Source: Octopus vulgaris (lineage: Eukaryota). Taken from it: a DNA stretch of 64,000 bases. Positions 63,382 through 64,000 of the stretch are shown piece by piece. The notes beneath the pieces were generated by a model. The model was not told the origin of the DNA, did not search any database, and saw nothing but the letters and a program-made list of their open reading frames with translations. The first letter of the stretch is position 1. The number at the start of each line of letters is the position of its first letter. The position numbers were made by a program, and so were the translations under genes. Where the stretch lies: the NCBI GenBank assembly GCA_951406725.2, contig OX597827.1, positions 56,420,001-56,484,000 on the forward strand. Direction: 5' to 3'.

Positions 63382-63560
63382 CTTGTAAAACGTTTCCAAT
63401 TTAACAGGAGAAAATCTATGCCCTTCTGTCACCCCTGGGTTACGCTTGAGGAAGGAACCTGTTGCCACACGTCGAGTAACCCACTCAATAGGTACCATAT
63501 AGCATCGGTGAGCATGGAAAATATTGTCAGACCATTTACCAAGGAAGTGCGTTGGAATAC
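63382..63560 (-). CDS. PAICS: PAICS exon (GIPTHF...[23 protein letters not shown]...ETFYK); upstream exons lie beyond the window
   Basis: Conserved [21 protein letters not shown]; TTACAG/GTTAAT splice sites. Confidence 0.97.
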
Positions 63561-63777
63561 CTGTAAGGAATTGGATATACATATGTATGCAAAATAGCAG
63601 AAGTACAATATTTGTTAAATTTTGTAACAGCCAACCCCAATTCTCTGAGCTCTAATGGCAAAGCAATAAAATCAAAAGATTGAAGACAAGAGTAAACAAA
63701 AAGAGTATATTTAACTCTTGATACCAATCTGTCCAAGACTGTCCCGTCCCTCATTCTATGATATAAACTTCCTGTCT

Positions 63778-64000
63778 TTAACCCTTTTAATTACCATATT
63801 TCTACTGAACTGTACCATCTTTATGTAAACTAATTTTGAAAATAATGAAGAATTTACGAAAATACCTTGGTCATTACTAAGTTGGTAACTGGAACAAATC
63901 AATAAGGAACTTTAATGGGAAATTTTAATTTAGATCACTTTATATAAAAAAGTTTGTATCAAAGAATCAGGGACAATCTGGAGTGAGTTGGTATCAAAAG
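63778..64000. mobile_element. piggyBac-type MITE family 2 (cut by the window end)
   Basis: Similar to 49980-50207. Confidence 0.65.

Overview
AT-rich, repeat-dense eukaryotic genomic DNA. The SINE/LINE repertoire suggests an Octopus genome (inference). Two spliced protein-coding genes, both on the minus strand, were reconstructed by hand with GT-AG introns and consistent reading phases. (1) A complete CACUL1 (CDK2-associated cullin-domain protein): 9 coding exons from 48376 to 9904, 1119 nt, 372 aa, plus a probable 5'UTR intron and a CpG-rich promoter near 48.5-48.7 kb. (2) The last six exons of PAICS (bifunctional SAICAR synthetase/AIR carboxylase), 63560 to 57595; its 5' part lies outside the window. 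The rest is mobile DNA: at least three tRNA-derived SINE groups, RTE and CR1/L2 LINE 3' ends, TTAA piggyBac-type MITEs, non-autonomous Helitrons, mariner/hAT remnants, hammerhead-like (Penelope-type) short elements, two tRNA-Ser pseudogenes and many microsatellites. Almost all other listed ORFs are spurious. I found no convincing new multi-gene system. The best oddities are a SINE flanked by a 184-bp direct repeat, a templated local insertion carrying a tRNA-Ser pseudogene, minimal hammerhead-like motifs, long foldbacks in CACUL1 introns, modular SINE shuffling and a scrambled region containing a decayed copy of a PAICS exon. Repeat boundaries are approximate (read by eye).
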